From a virus (taxonomy: Duplodnaviria > Heunggongvirae > Uroviricota > Caudoviricetes), in IMG/VR virus record IMGVR_UViG_2778261458_000009, positions 1-19,974 of that record: DNA of 19,974 nt, one strand, 5' to 3'. Positions 7,251 to 14,571 of this stretch are shown here, piece by piece; position 1 is the first letter of the stretch, and every line of letters begins with the position of its first letter. A model generated the notes under the pieces. That model saw only the letters and a list, made by a program, of their open reading frames with translations. It was not told the DNA's origin and made no database searches. Both the position numbers and the translations under genes were made by a program.

Positions 7251-8060
7251 TCAATGAACGGTATCGAGCAGCTTTAACAGCTCAGGGAATCGGGATTCGA
7301 AGAAATGCGGCTGCGTCTCGCGCGGATTTGCGGGACTGGTGATGTTCTTGCCGAACATGCAGCCTTTCGCTGTCAGCGACCAGAATTTTTTGATGTTGTT
7401 AATCGCGGTACGGCTGTATCGTTCGCGCTGCTCGACGATCCCCAGCTTCACCATCTGGTGATATGCCTGATTAGCCGTCAGGCGGATACCATACTGTTTC
7501 AGCAGTGCACTCAGTGACAGTGTCGGGCGACTTGAGCCATCGTGTGCATCAGCAGGGGCATCAATGGCATAGCGCGGTGCCAGATTCGGTAAGCCAACAG
7601 CCTCCTGGAGTTTCTGACAGGCACCAAGCACTGAAGAGTTAGACAGGTTTAATTCCCGGCGCATAAAGTCCAGCAGAATCACGCCAGCCTGCATCTTGTC
7701 AGCAGCCTGCCCGGATAATTTTTCCAGTGCGCTGGTTACCATATCGAAAGTACGGATCACCTTTAGATGGAATGACGGGCTGATCCACATTGCATAGGCA
7801 TACACCAGTTCTTTGCAGACATACGTTCCCCGTTCATTTCCCCCATGAATCACACTCACCGGGTCAACACCCAAATTCTGGGTGTTGGTCAATTCATGAA
7901 CAAGCTCAACAGTTTGTTGGCTGGAAAGAAACTTTCCTGGCTCCTTGGTTCTGGCATTTGCACCAGATGCTACTGCTGCGCGATGCAGATCGTTCAGGCT
8001 GTAACGCCCATAAGCATCACGACGAACTTCAATACCATCAATGACCATCAGATTATTCAT
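7251..8060 (-). CDS. KilA-N domain protein / antirepressor-like (269 aa)
   Basis: N-terminal segment …GKFLSSQQTVELVHEL…YVCKELVYAYAMWISPSFHLKVIRTFD… resembles the KilA-N signature. RBS AGGAG upstream. Confidence 0.7.
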   Translation of the reverse strand: MNNLMVIDGIEVRRDAYGRYSLNDLHRAAVASGANARTKEPGKFLSSQQTVELVHELTNTQNLGVDPVSVIHGGNERGTYVCKELVYAYAMWISPSFHLKVIRTFDMVTSALEKLSGQAADKMQAGVILLDFMRRELNLSNSSVLGACQKLQEAVGLPNLAPRYAIDAPADAHDGSSRPTLSLSALLKQYGIRLTANQAYHQMVKLGIVEQRERYSRTAINNIKKFWSLTAKGCMFGKNITSPANPRETQPHFFESRFPELLKLLDTVH

Positions 8061-8079
8061 ACTTCGTTTCTCCTCTTAA

Positions 8080-8469
8080 TCAGGCGGCTGCACCCGCCGG
8101 TTTCTCATACTTACTGATAGTGATCTCGACCTTCCCTTCCGGGATAACCGGTCCCCACTCCACCAGCATTCTTTTCACCTGACTGTCGTCTTCCCACACA
8201 CCCGCGTGGGTCAGGGCGTCAAACAGTGCCTTGTTATAGTTGTCCAGATCGCGGATCCGGTTATCCGGAGGAAACAACACGATCTCCACTGAAGCAGGTG
8301 CCGACGTTGGTTTCGGCAGACGACGTAACTGCTCAACTATTGCTGCGCACGCCGCGCTCTGGAATTTGCGCCCCGCCGCGCTTATCAGGCTTTTACCAGC
8401 AAACGCCCCTTTGTTAGGGTGTCGCCAGTACGTATTCACGCTGGGCGGGAAAGGAAGGATCAACTTCAT
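8080..8469 (-). CDS. rusA: Holliday-junction resolvase RusA (129 aa)
   Basis: …LPFPPSVNTYWRH…RIRDLDNYNKALFDALTHAGVWEDDSQV… matches the RusA family pattern as recalled. Confidence 0.85.
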   Translation of the reverse strand: MKLILPFPPSVNTYWRHPNKGAFAGKSLISAAGRKFQSAACAAIVEQLRRLPKPTSAPASVEIVLFPPDNRIRDLDNYNKALFDALTHAGVWEDDSQVKRMLVEWGPVIPEGKVEITISKYEKPAGAAA

Positions 8470-8792
8470 ACTTTCAGGCCCCTCTCATGTAACCAGTAGG
8501 CTGCACGCAGCCTGGCGTTTTCCTCACCGGCAAGCAGTGAGCGGATAATCCCGACCGCCTCGCTGTCGTCGTCCTTCACCGCGGTATGAAGCGTTATCCC
8601 CCGGGCCACGCCACGCTTTATCGTGATGACGCCTTTTTTCTCCAGTGCGCGAAGATGCTCCACCGCTGCATTCACCGAACGGTATCCCAGCATGGTTGCC
8701 ACCTCCTGATTGGTTGGCGGAAAGCCACGCTCTTTCTGATAAGAAATCAGCATATCCAGCACCTGCTGCTGGCATTGAGTTAACGTCGTCAT
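8466..8792 (-). CDS. LexA N-terminal DNA-binding-domain protein (108 aa, no peptidase domain)
   Basis: …LTQCQQQVLDMLISYQKERGFPPTNQEVATMLGYRSVNAAVEHLRALEKKGVITIKRGVARGITL… parallels the LexA N-terminus as recalled. ATGA overlaps with the Dam and RusA genes. Confidence 0.8.
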   Translation of the reverse strand: MTTLTQCQQQVLDMLISYQKERGFPPTNQEVATMLGYRSVNAAVEHLRALEKKGVITIKRGVARGITLHTAVKDDDSEAVGIIRSLLAGEENARLRAAYWLHERGLKV

Positions 8793-9442
8793 GCCGCCAT
8801 CTCCCTGACCAGTTTTTCCGCCTGCTGGCGAACCTGCGCCAGAAAGGCCTCACCACATGCCTCAAGTTCATCGCGCCCGATGTAGCTGATTGCCGGTCCC
8901 TTCCAGGTCTTGTCGAAAACAGCAATAGCACCAGCGAAGAAAGCGCCTGTCGGCACCTGCTTCTCGTCCTTCGGGATAAACCAGGCAGGCAGTTCAAAAC
9001 CAATACGCCCGCGAATAAAAGCAATATGGTCCGCATCTTCCGGCCACCACACTTCGCTGGTGGCAGCTTTGATCAGGAAAACATAGCGCCCGCCCTTATC
9101 ACGCATGGCACTGGCATGTTTCATGATGTAACGCATGCCGGTGATGTATTGCCCCTCATGCTGACTGGCGCGGCTGTATGGGGGATTACCAAAGGCAGCA
9201 CCTTTAAGCTCCGCAAGACGTTCTGACCAGTCATGCGCCAGCGCGTTGTCTTCCGCCGTGTAATACGCGGCACATTTGGCGTTATCACCGTCAGTGAACA
9301 GATCCAGAACAAACGGACCAAACAAGGTGTTAATTCCCCAGAAAATGTTGTCCGGCGTGCGCCACTGATCGCCCACTTCCTTCAGTTCATGGGCTGGTTT
9401 GTTCCGCAGTTCTACCAGCGCCTGGCAATATTTATTACTCAT
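8789..9442 (-). CDS. Phage DNA N6-adenine methyltransferase (Dam family, 217 aa)
   Basis: NPPY motif (AFGNPPYS). Position within the early-right operon. Confidence 0.8.
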   Translation of the reverse strand: MSNKYCQALVELRNKPAHELKEVGDQWRTPDNIFWGINTLFGPFVLDLFTDGDNAKCAAYYTAEDNALAHDWSERLAELKGAAFGNPPYSRASQHEGQYITGMRYIMKHASAMRDKGGRYVFLIKAATSEVWWPEDADHIAFIRGRIGFELPAWFIPKDEKQVPTGAFFAGAIAVFDKTWKGPAISYIGRDELEACGEAFLAQVRQQAEKLVREMAA

Positions 9443-9534
9443 TAAGCCCCCACGTAAAAAGCATCCGCAATGTCTCCGGAAGTACAGCCCGGATGGGCTT
9501 CAATGAATTTCTGAACTTCATTCAAAAGACTCAT
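9442..9534 (-). CDS. Small ORF (30 aa: MSLLNEVQKFIEAHPGCTSGDIADAFYVGA) translationally coupled between the O-like and Dam genes
   Basis: ATG 2 nt after the O-like stop (TGATCATGA). Its TAA overlaps the Dam ATG (TAATG). Hand-translated; below the ORF-track cutoff. Confidence 0.35.
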   Translation of the reverse strand: MSLLNEVQKFIEAHPGCTSGDIADAFYVGA

Positions 9535-9536
9535 GA

Positions 9537-10355
9537 TCACCCCCTGAATCCTGCCGGGATCTGGCTGTAGTCCACGTTGTCGTAACTGGCTTTGAAGTAC
9601 GGGTCCTCGCGTCTGGCTGCAGATACCGCAGGAACTTCCCAGGATTCTTCGAAATGACGATCCGGACCAAAGAACGTGACAGCCTGTTTCACAAATTGTG
9701 TACCGCTATTGCCCATCGCAGATACCCAGCCCGCGTAGCGTTTCACACCTTCCAGCATGGTTTCGGGGTTTACCCCCTCGTTCAAACGGGCTTTCCAGGC
9801 TTTGAAGGCTGCTGATTTTGAATTGCCACCAGCACGTTTGGGATATGCCAGCCATGCCTGCTCAAACTCCGGAGAGTATTCCGGTCGGTTTGAACGAACT
9901 CGCACAGACTCATCAGCAGATGCACCAACAGCTATTGGTTCATTGACTGATTCTTTGACTGGTTCAAAAGAGTGACTGGTTCTGGGTGAATCTCCTGCAC
10001 TACCCCCTGGTGCAACTCCTGCACTACCTGGTGAATTTGCTGCACCAGATAGTGAATTATTTGCACTACCCCCTAGTGAATCTCCTGCACCATCCAGATG
10101 AAGGAGATAGATATTACTTGAGTTACCTTTTTCACCTTTCCGGGTGACTTTTTTTACCAGCCCGGACTCACAAAGGGCCGCAATATGATTCATCACAGAA
10201 CGTTTGCTAATCTCGCACTGGTCAGCAATATGCTGGTAGCTGGGCCAGCACTCACCCTGATCGCTGGCATTATCAGCCAGCTTGATCAGAACCAGTTTTC
10301 GCAATGGATTACCCACTCGAATTTTCATCGCTTTAACCATCAGCTCCATACTCAT
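9537..10355 (-). CDS. Replication initiator, O-like (272 aa): N-terminal wHTH, Gly/Ala/Ser linker, conserved phage C-terminal domain
   Basis: N-terminal HTH-like segment, low-complexity linker encoded by tandem DNA repeats, position after cII/Rha as in lambdoid replication modules. Confidence 0.7.
   Translation of the reverse strand: MSMELMVKAMKIRVGNPLRKLVLIKLADNASDQGECWPSYQHIADQCEISKRSVMNHIAALCESGLVKKVTRKGEKGNSSNIYLLHLDGAGDSLGGSANNSLSGAANSPGSAGVAPGGSAGDSPRTSHSFEPVKESVNEPIAVGASADESVRVRSNRPEYSPEFEQAWLAYPKRAGGNSKSAAFKAWKARLNEGVNPETMLEGVKRYAGWVSAMGNSGTQFVKQAVTFFGPDRHFEESWEVPAVSAARREDPYFKASYDNVDYSQIPAGFRG
9985..10095. repeat. Five tandem ~21-24 bp imperfect direct repeats (approx. GTGAATCTCCTGCACTACCCCCT) inside the O-like gene, followed by an AT-rich stretch; candidate origin iterons
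   Basis: Repeats read directly at 9985-10008, 10009-10029, 10030-10051, 10052-10074 and 10075-10095. Lambda ori iterons likewise lie within gene O. Confidence 0.5.
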
Positions 10356-10576
10356 GCTGCACCTCCGAGATGCTTCATGTTTTTTCCGGAGCGAAAGGCT
10401 ATAAGCGGCATACTGACGCGGTAATTACGGCCCAGCGGTTCACAAATCACCTTCTGACATTCACGGTCAACCAGGCTAACACGTAGAACATGCCCTGCAG
10501 GTGTGGTGTACCACTGACCCGGACGAGGACAACGGAAAGTCTGATTGGTAAACCGTTTGAAAATATTCCGGATCAT
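10352..10576 (-). CDS. Hypothetical protein (74 aa)
   Basis: ATGA overlaps on both sides (with the Rha-domain gene stop and the O-like gene start). Confidence 0.5.
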   Translation of the reverse strand: MIRNIFKRFTNQTFRCPRPGQWYTTPAGHVLRVSLVDRECQKVICEPLGRNYRVSMPLIAFRSGKNMKHLGGAA

Positions 10577-11721
10577 TTGCGCCCCCTTACCTCTGAAGGG
10601 TTCAGCGACAAATTTATGAGGCAGGCCAGCGCCGAAGCATCATTAATATAGTCATACAAGCTAACAGCCAGCGGAGATTCGTCTTTTGCCAACATAGGAT
10701 AAAGCTGCTGCAGCCAGACCTGATGAATTGATGAAATGTAGGAATAGAGAACGCTGGCGTTATGTGCAACGTCGCTCGGTACAGGGGGTTTTGAAAGCTG
10801 TTTCTCCATCTGGTTAAAGGCATTGATATATGCCTCTTTGAACTGGGCAGCACGTTTACCCGTGAAACCCATAGCAAGAAACGCAAAGCCGTCGCGGGTT
10901 ATTTGATAGCAAGGTAGTTTGCGGCCTGATGCGTCGATGTACTCACTGAGCTGAAAATTCAGCTCAGTAAATTCGGCAGAGCATTCAAGAGACGCAATTT
11001 TTTGAATGACATTTTTGTGTTGTTTGCCGAAATAACTAGCAACAGCCAGAGAAGAAGTAACAACTTTGTCTGCAATAATGCAAAGTTCAGGTTGTACTAA
11101 GGCAGGGATCGTAGCCATGATGGCAGCCTCCGTATGCAATGGATAACTTCCACCACCGGAAACGCCAATTTCGCTGGTGGTGAACTGAGCAGGGTTGGCG
11201 TAACCGGCGCATACGGAAACCGGCGCACCTTTCGGTGCCCCCACCCAGCCCACCATAATTTGGGTATAGCTGAGTTGTAGCAACAAAAAAGACGCTAACG
11301 CGCCAATTGTCGCCGTATGCAATTCCAGGACGCCAATCCCGGCACCCGCTTTATAAGGTGCCTGAACAGTGTAACGTCCCGGAATGGCAGAATCAATGTG
11401 CTGGTGGTCCTTCACACTCAACAAAATCACGCCTGAATTTCCACAAAGGACTAAAGCACTCATGCGGGTAGTCTTTGCGAAGATAGATAACGCGCTGTGT
11501 TTCTGGTTCCCAACGAATAACATGAACATAAAGCCCTCTTCCGTCACGAAACCAGCGGTTAAGTTCCTGCACAACTCGCCCCCCACAGTCAGGTAAAGTT
11601 CTCTGTGGTTACTTACAGCCAGGTGATTTGGTAATCTGCATTCATGCCGTAACAACAGGTGTTCAGAGACGCTGACCACCAGCTGTTGCGACAAACGGTT
11701 ATTTGCCGTTAAACTGTTCAT
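10573..11721 (-). CDS. Rha-domain protein: 382-aa ORF with the Rha domain in the C-terminal 182 aa; a strong internal start at 11116-11118 could give a 182-aa Rha protein
   Basis: …FGKQHKNVIQKI…YQITRDGFAFLAMGFTGKRAAQFKEAYINAFNQM… matches the Rha signature. The 5' ATG at 11719-11721 overlaps the cII-like stop (ATGA). The internal ATG is preceded by GGAGG. Confidence 0.65.
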   Translation of the reverse strand: MNSLTANNRLSQQLVVSVSEHLLLRHECRLPNHLAVSNHRELYLTVGGELCRNLTAGFVTEEGFMFMLFVGNQKHSALSIFAKTTRMSALVLCGNSGVILLSVKDHQHIDSAIPGRYTVQAPYKAGAGIGVLELHTATIGALASFLLLQLSYTQIMVGWVGAPKGAPVSVCAGYANPAQFTTSEIGVSGGGSYPLHTEAAIMATIPALVQPELCIIADKVVTSSLAVASYFGKQHKNVIQKIASLECSAEFTELNFQLSEYIDASGRKLPCYQITRDGFAFLAMGFTGKRAAQFKEAYINAFNQMEKQLSKPPVPSDVAHNASVLYSYISSIHQVWLQQLYPMLAKDESPLAVSLYDYINDASALACLINLSLNPSEVRGRK

Positions 11722-12326
11722 GCGTTAGTTTCTCCACAGACACAAAACGCCACGACGCCCGGAGCTGCACACTCGCGGGCGTCACTCTTTTCTGGAGCGC
11801 AAAAGATTTTGTAGACCAGTGCTGCATGCTCCTGGAGCTTCGAAATTGACAGATACAACTCATCATTAATTGCTGTCTGCTCGTGTGGTTCCACCACCCC
11901 GTCTTCAATTGCTGAACGAATCTGTTTTGAATAACTGCCGATCTGTTCAATGACCTCCAGCAGGCGTTGGTTTATATCGGCGTTCTCTACTTCCTCAATT
12001 TCAGGAAGCGATACAAACACCCCACCAGCAGACTGTGCGACTGCATCCGCAATGTGGTGAGTGCCAGCAGCACGCTGTAAAACCATTGCCCATCCCAGCG
12101 GGAAAATCTGATCGCCATCGGCACGAAGGCGGTTAAATAATGCGTTCTCTGTTACATCCAGCCAGTCAGCAGCTTCAGCGTAACCCCCCGGCAATGCCGC
12201 GATAGTTTTTCTGACAGCTTTCACGTACCACTCAGGCTGTTTTTCTACTTTCCAGTGATGCTTACCCACGGTTAGCCTCATCGTTCTGTGGTTTCTGTTA
12301 ATCGATTTATCCATTAGATTTTTCAT
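11718..12326 (-). CDS. cII-like phage regulatory protein (CP76-type; about 202 aa from Met20; start uncertain)
   Basis: Position directly after cro. Family assignment is from memory and tentative. The ORF-track start at 12383 would overlap cro by 77 nt, so a downstream Met (12326, 12314 or 12281) is more likely. Confidence 0.5.
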   Translation of the reverse strand: MKNLMDKSINRNHRTMRLTVGKHHWKVEKQPEWYVKAVRKTIAALPGGYAEAADWLDVTENALFNRLRADGDQIFPLGWAMVLQRAAGTHHIADAVAQSAGGVFVSLPEIEEVENADINQRLLEVIEQIGSYSKQIRSAIEDGVVEPHEQTAINDELYLSISKLQEHAALVYKIFCAPEKSDARECAAPGVVAFCVCGETNA

Positions 12327-12507
12327 AAAGCTCAGGTTTAAATGGCAACCGTCCGCAAGTTCTATATGCAGCTTCTGCTGCACGTCCTTTTGGAATTAAC
12401 TGGCCCGGACGGTTTCGCCACTGATAAACGGCTTCAGTTGTTATGCCGAAAAAAGCAGCAACTTTCTCAATACTGCCGAAGTAGCTTTCGATATCGTCAG
12501 TTGTCAT
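12307..12507 (-). CDS. Cro-like HTH regulator (66 aa)
   Basis: Divergent from cI. RBS GGAGGG 5-6 nt before the ATG. HTH-like …VAAFFGITTEAVYQWRNR…. Confidence 0.75.
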   Translation of the reverse strand: MTTDDIESYFGSIEKVAAFFGITTEAVYQWRNRPGQLIPKGRAAEAAYRTCGRLPFKPELYEKSNG

Positions 12508-12604
12508 ACGCCCTCCAAACTAAGTTTTATTAGATGCTAATTACAAATCTATCTTTGGTCAATAAAAACTAAGATTACTTAGCAATTCAAGAAATGGTGC
12601 TCCT
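12508..12604. promoter_or_regulatory. OR-like operator/promoter region between cro and cI
   Basis: Perfect 14-bp palindrome CTAAGATTACTTAG (12569-12582) and related CTAAGTTTTATTAG (12520-12533). Minus-strand -35 TTGACC (12557-12562) and -10 TAGCAT (12534-12539), spacer 17, with the second operator over the -10/start. Confidence 0.6.
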
Positions 12605-13231
12605 ATGGAAACGGTTGGTCAGCGTATAAAAGCTCTGAGAAGAGTTACCAGAACGTCCCAGAAAGAATTGGGTAAATTTTGTGGAGTAAGCGACGTTGCT
12701 GTGGGGTACTGGGAGAAAGACATCAATACCCCTGGTGGGGAGGCACTTTCGAAATTAGCGAAGTTCTTCAATACGTCAATAGATTACATTCTTTATGGTG
12801 CTGAGTTTGAAGGCAAACTCGTCACAAACATGCGCAGAGTTCCTGTAATATCGTGGGTTCAGGCTGGGCAGTTTACTGAGTGCAGGGCAGCAGAAGTGTT
12901 TAGTGAAGTGGACAAGTGGGTAGATACATCATTAAAGATTGGTGATAACTCATTTGCATTAGAGGTTAAAGGTGACTCCATGACTAACCCTAATGGCCTC
13001 CCAACAATACCAGAAGGCGCAACAGTGATTGTAGATCCAGATGCAGAACCTCGTCATGGAAAAATAGTCATCGCTCGACTTGATGGAACAAACGAAGCTA
13101 CAGTAAAAAAATTAGTCATCGATGGCCCTCAAAAGTTTTTAGTGCCATTAAATCCTCGGTATCCCAACATCCCTATCAATGGTAATTGCCTTATCATTGG
13201 TGTAGTCAAAGGAGTTCAATACGAACTCTAA
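12605..13231 (+). CDS. CI-like repressor, HTH plus S24 LexA-like peptidase domain (208 aa)
   Basis: N-terminal HTH (…QKELGKFCGVSDVAVGYWEKD…), Ala-Gly cleavage-type site (VQAGQF), catalytic Ser in GDSM and Lys in KKLV. Confidence 0.9.
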   Translation: METVGQRIKALRRVTRTSQKELGKFCGVSDVAVGYWEKDINTPGGEALSKLAKFFNTSIDYILYGAEFEGKLVTNMRRVPVISWVQAGQFTECRAAEVFSEVDKWVDTSLKIGDNSFALEVKGDSMTNPNGLPTIPEGATVIVDPDAEPRHGKIVIARLDGTNEATVKKLVIDGPQKFLVPLNPRYPNIPINGNCLIIGVVKGVQYEL

Positions 13232-13284
13232 GACCTCTCTTCTCTAACTAAGGCACCGAACTAAGAAAAGTTTGGTGTTTTCTC

Positions 13285-13313
13285 TTGCCATAATAACTAA
13301 GTTAAGTTAGATT
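13285..13313 (+). promoter_or_regulatory. Putative pL-like promoter with OL-type operator
   Basis: -35 TTGCCA (13285-13290), 17-nt spacer, -10 TAGATT (13308-13313). Operator-like CTAAGTTAAGTTAG (13297-13310) lies in the spacer; further CTAAG copies at 13248-13252 and 13261-13265. Confidence 0.4.
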
Positions 13314-13421
13314 TTATATCAAAGATAACGAACAGGCAGGACGCCCACGAAGTAGCCGCCGGTGGCGTATGAATGACCGGATGATTCGTTAGCAACAAAA
13401 AAAGCGCCCTATAGGACGCTT

Positions 13422-13434
13422 CGCTCTTTAACAA
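13422..13434 (+). promoter_or_regulatory. boxA-like element CGCTCTTTAACAA (candidate nut-site boxA)
   Basis: GCTCTTTAACAA matches the rrn/nut boxA core as I recall it, about 100 nt downstream of the putative pL. No convincing boxB hairpin or N-like protein found. Confidence 0.4.
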
Positions 13435-13465
13435 TCCTGGTATCCCCGTAACAAAAGAGGGTTCT

Positions 13466-13759
13466 ATGGTCATATTCTGTGCTTACGTTCATCCTAATGG
13501 ATTTTTTATCAGCACCAACCAACAAGACGAATTCTGGATTCTACTTAGTAAGCAGGTCGGATGGGGACGATTCTGTCTAATCCGACCAGAATCAGAATTT
13601 ACAGAGAATGGAGGGCTTTTTGAATTACGTGAAATACGTCCGGCAGATGGTCAAGCCCCTGACCAAGTAATCGAATCGTCAGCTGTTTTATGGCGTCGGC
13701 AGGAAGCGTTCGAAGCTGAGAGAGTAATTTCTTCTTATCTTCAGTCGTGGCAGAAGTAG
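13466..13759 (+). CDS. Hypothetical protein (97 aa)
   Basis: RBS AGAGGG 5 nt before the ATG. Its 3' 161 nt overlap the convergent 167-aa ORF, so one of the two may be spurious. Confidence 0.4.
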   Translation: MVIFCAYVHPNGFFISTNQQDEFWILLSKQVGWGRFCLIRPESEFTENGGLFELREIRPADGQAPDQVIESSAVLWRRQEAFEAERVISSYLQSWQK

Positions 13760-14102
13760 AACTATTGATGATACGTTCAAGTTCACAGAGAGTCTCATCA
13801 TGCAATCTTATTGTCATAATCCCAAGAATAGCTTTAAGACCTCCATCATCACGAATGAAATCAATTCCATCTTTAGTAATTCTTAATTCAGGAATATTTA
13901 TATTTATGCCATCCAAGTAATAATCAAGAGCATTCTTAATCAAGCCATGTTCTTCGAGATAAATTAAGTTCGAAATTAGGACATTATCATCTCCAAATGC
14001 GTCACGAACAGACTGCAACGCATCATCAGAAATTTCATAAGGATGAGCATCATACAGTATTTGTAACAACTGCCTTTGTGCACTTCTATCAAATTTGTCC
14101 AT
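13599..14102 (-). CDS. Hypothetical protein (167 aa), AT-rich accessory gene convergent with cI
   Basis: ATG at 14100-14102 with GGTGA about 9 nt upstream. 5' two-thirds markedly AT-rich by eye. No family recognised. Confidence 0.55.
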   Translation of the reverse strand: MDKFDRSAQRQLLQILYDAHPYEISDDALQSVRDAFGDDNVLISNLIYLEEHGLIKNALDYYLDGININIPELRITKDGIDFIRDDGGLKAILGIMTIRLHDETLCELERIINSSTSATTEDKKKLLSQLRTLPADAIKQLTIRLLGQGLDHLPDVFHVIQKALHSL

Positions 14103-14571
14103 CTTAAATAATCACCATGTTATTGGGGTTATCAAGATTAACCGAATCCTTGTTGTTGGGGAATAACCAGGTCCACCTCGCCTGATGTGGCTAAAAGCAG
14201 GCACATAACAGCTAAGTATTTTCAACCAGAGAGAATCCTTAGCGTTGTGGTGAATGCGGCTCAGCGCACGCGGGTTAAGGTTGAGGCTGACAGTCGACCT
14301 TCTGTGGATACCCACCCGTCTGGTGTGCAACCTTCGCCAGGCACCGGGAGGCACCCGGCACCACAACTTTATGCTGTGTGTAGTCCTGGCGGTACCAGTT
14401 TGTACCCTTGCTTCCGGCTGGTACCGTCCTTTTTACAAAACAGAGAAGAGCATCACCGGACGACGGGCTCATAACCCAATCCATCCTGGCGGCTGCCACC
14501 GCAGGTGTTCTTCTCTGTTTTGTGGAGAAACTAATCGGCCTTGCAGGGTCGATATGATGAGGAGCAGCAAA

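Noticed and set aside
7305-9445. Plus-strand and alternative-frame ORFs across the KilA-N, RusA, LexA-like and Dam genes (including 8524..9036 and 8645..9226)
   Set aside because: Shadow ORFs in GC-rich coding sequence. The operon genes are linked by stop-start overlaps leaving no room for them.
9985-10095. Tandem repeats as a possible CRISPR array
   Set aside because: Repeats are imperfect, directly adjacent with no spacers, and lie inside a coding sequence; they are consistent with iterons instead.
9757-12533. ORFs 9757..9975(+), 10185..10424(+), 10614..10886(-), 11384..11596(+), 11699..11950(-), 12342..12533(+)
   Set aside because: Antisense or out-of-frame overlaps with better-supported genes.
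14112-14553. ORFs 14112..14366(-), 14187..14474(+), 14275..14499(-), 14469..14837(-) and the N-terminal 100 aa of ORF 14254..14934
   Set aside because: Overlapping ORFs in all frames of a GC-rich segment with no RBS. The real gene starts at the ATG at 14572 with a GAGGAG RBS. The region is treated as non-coding or structured RNA.
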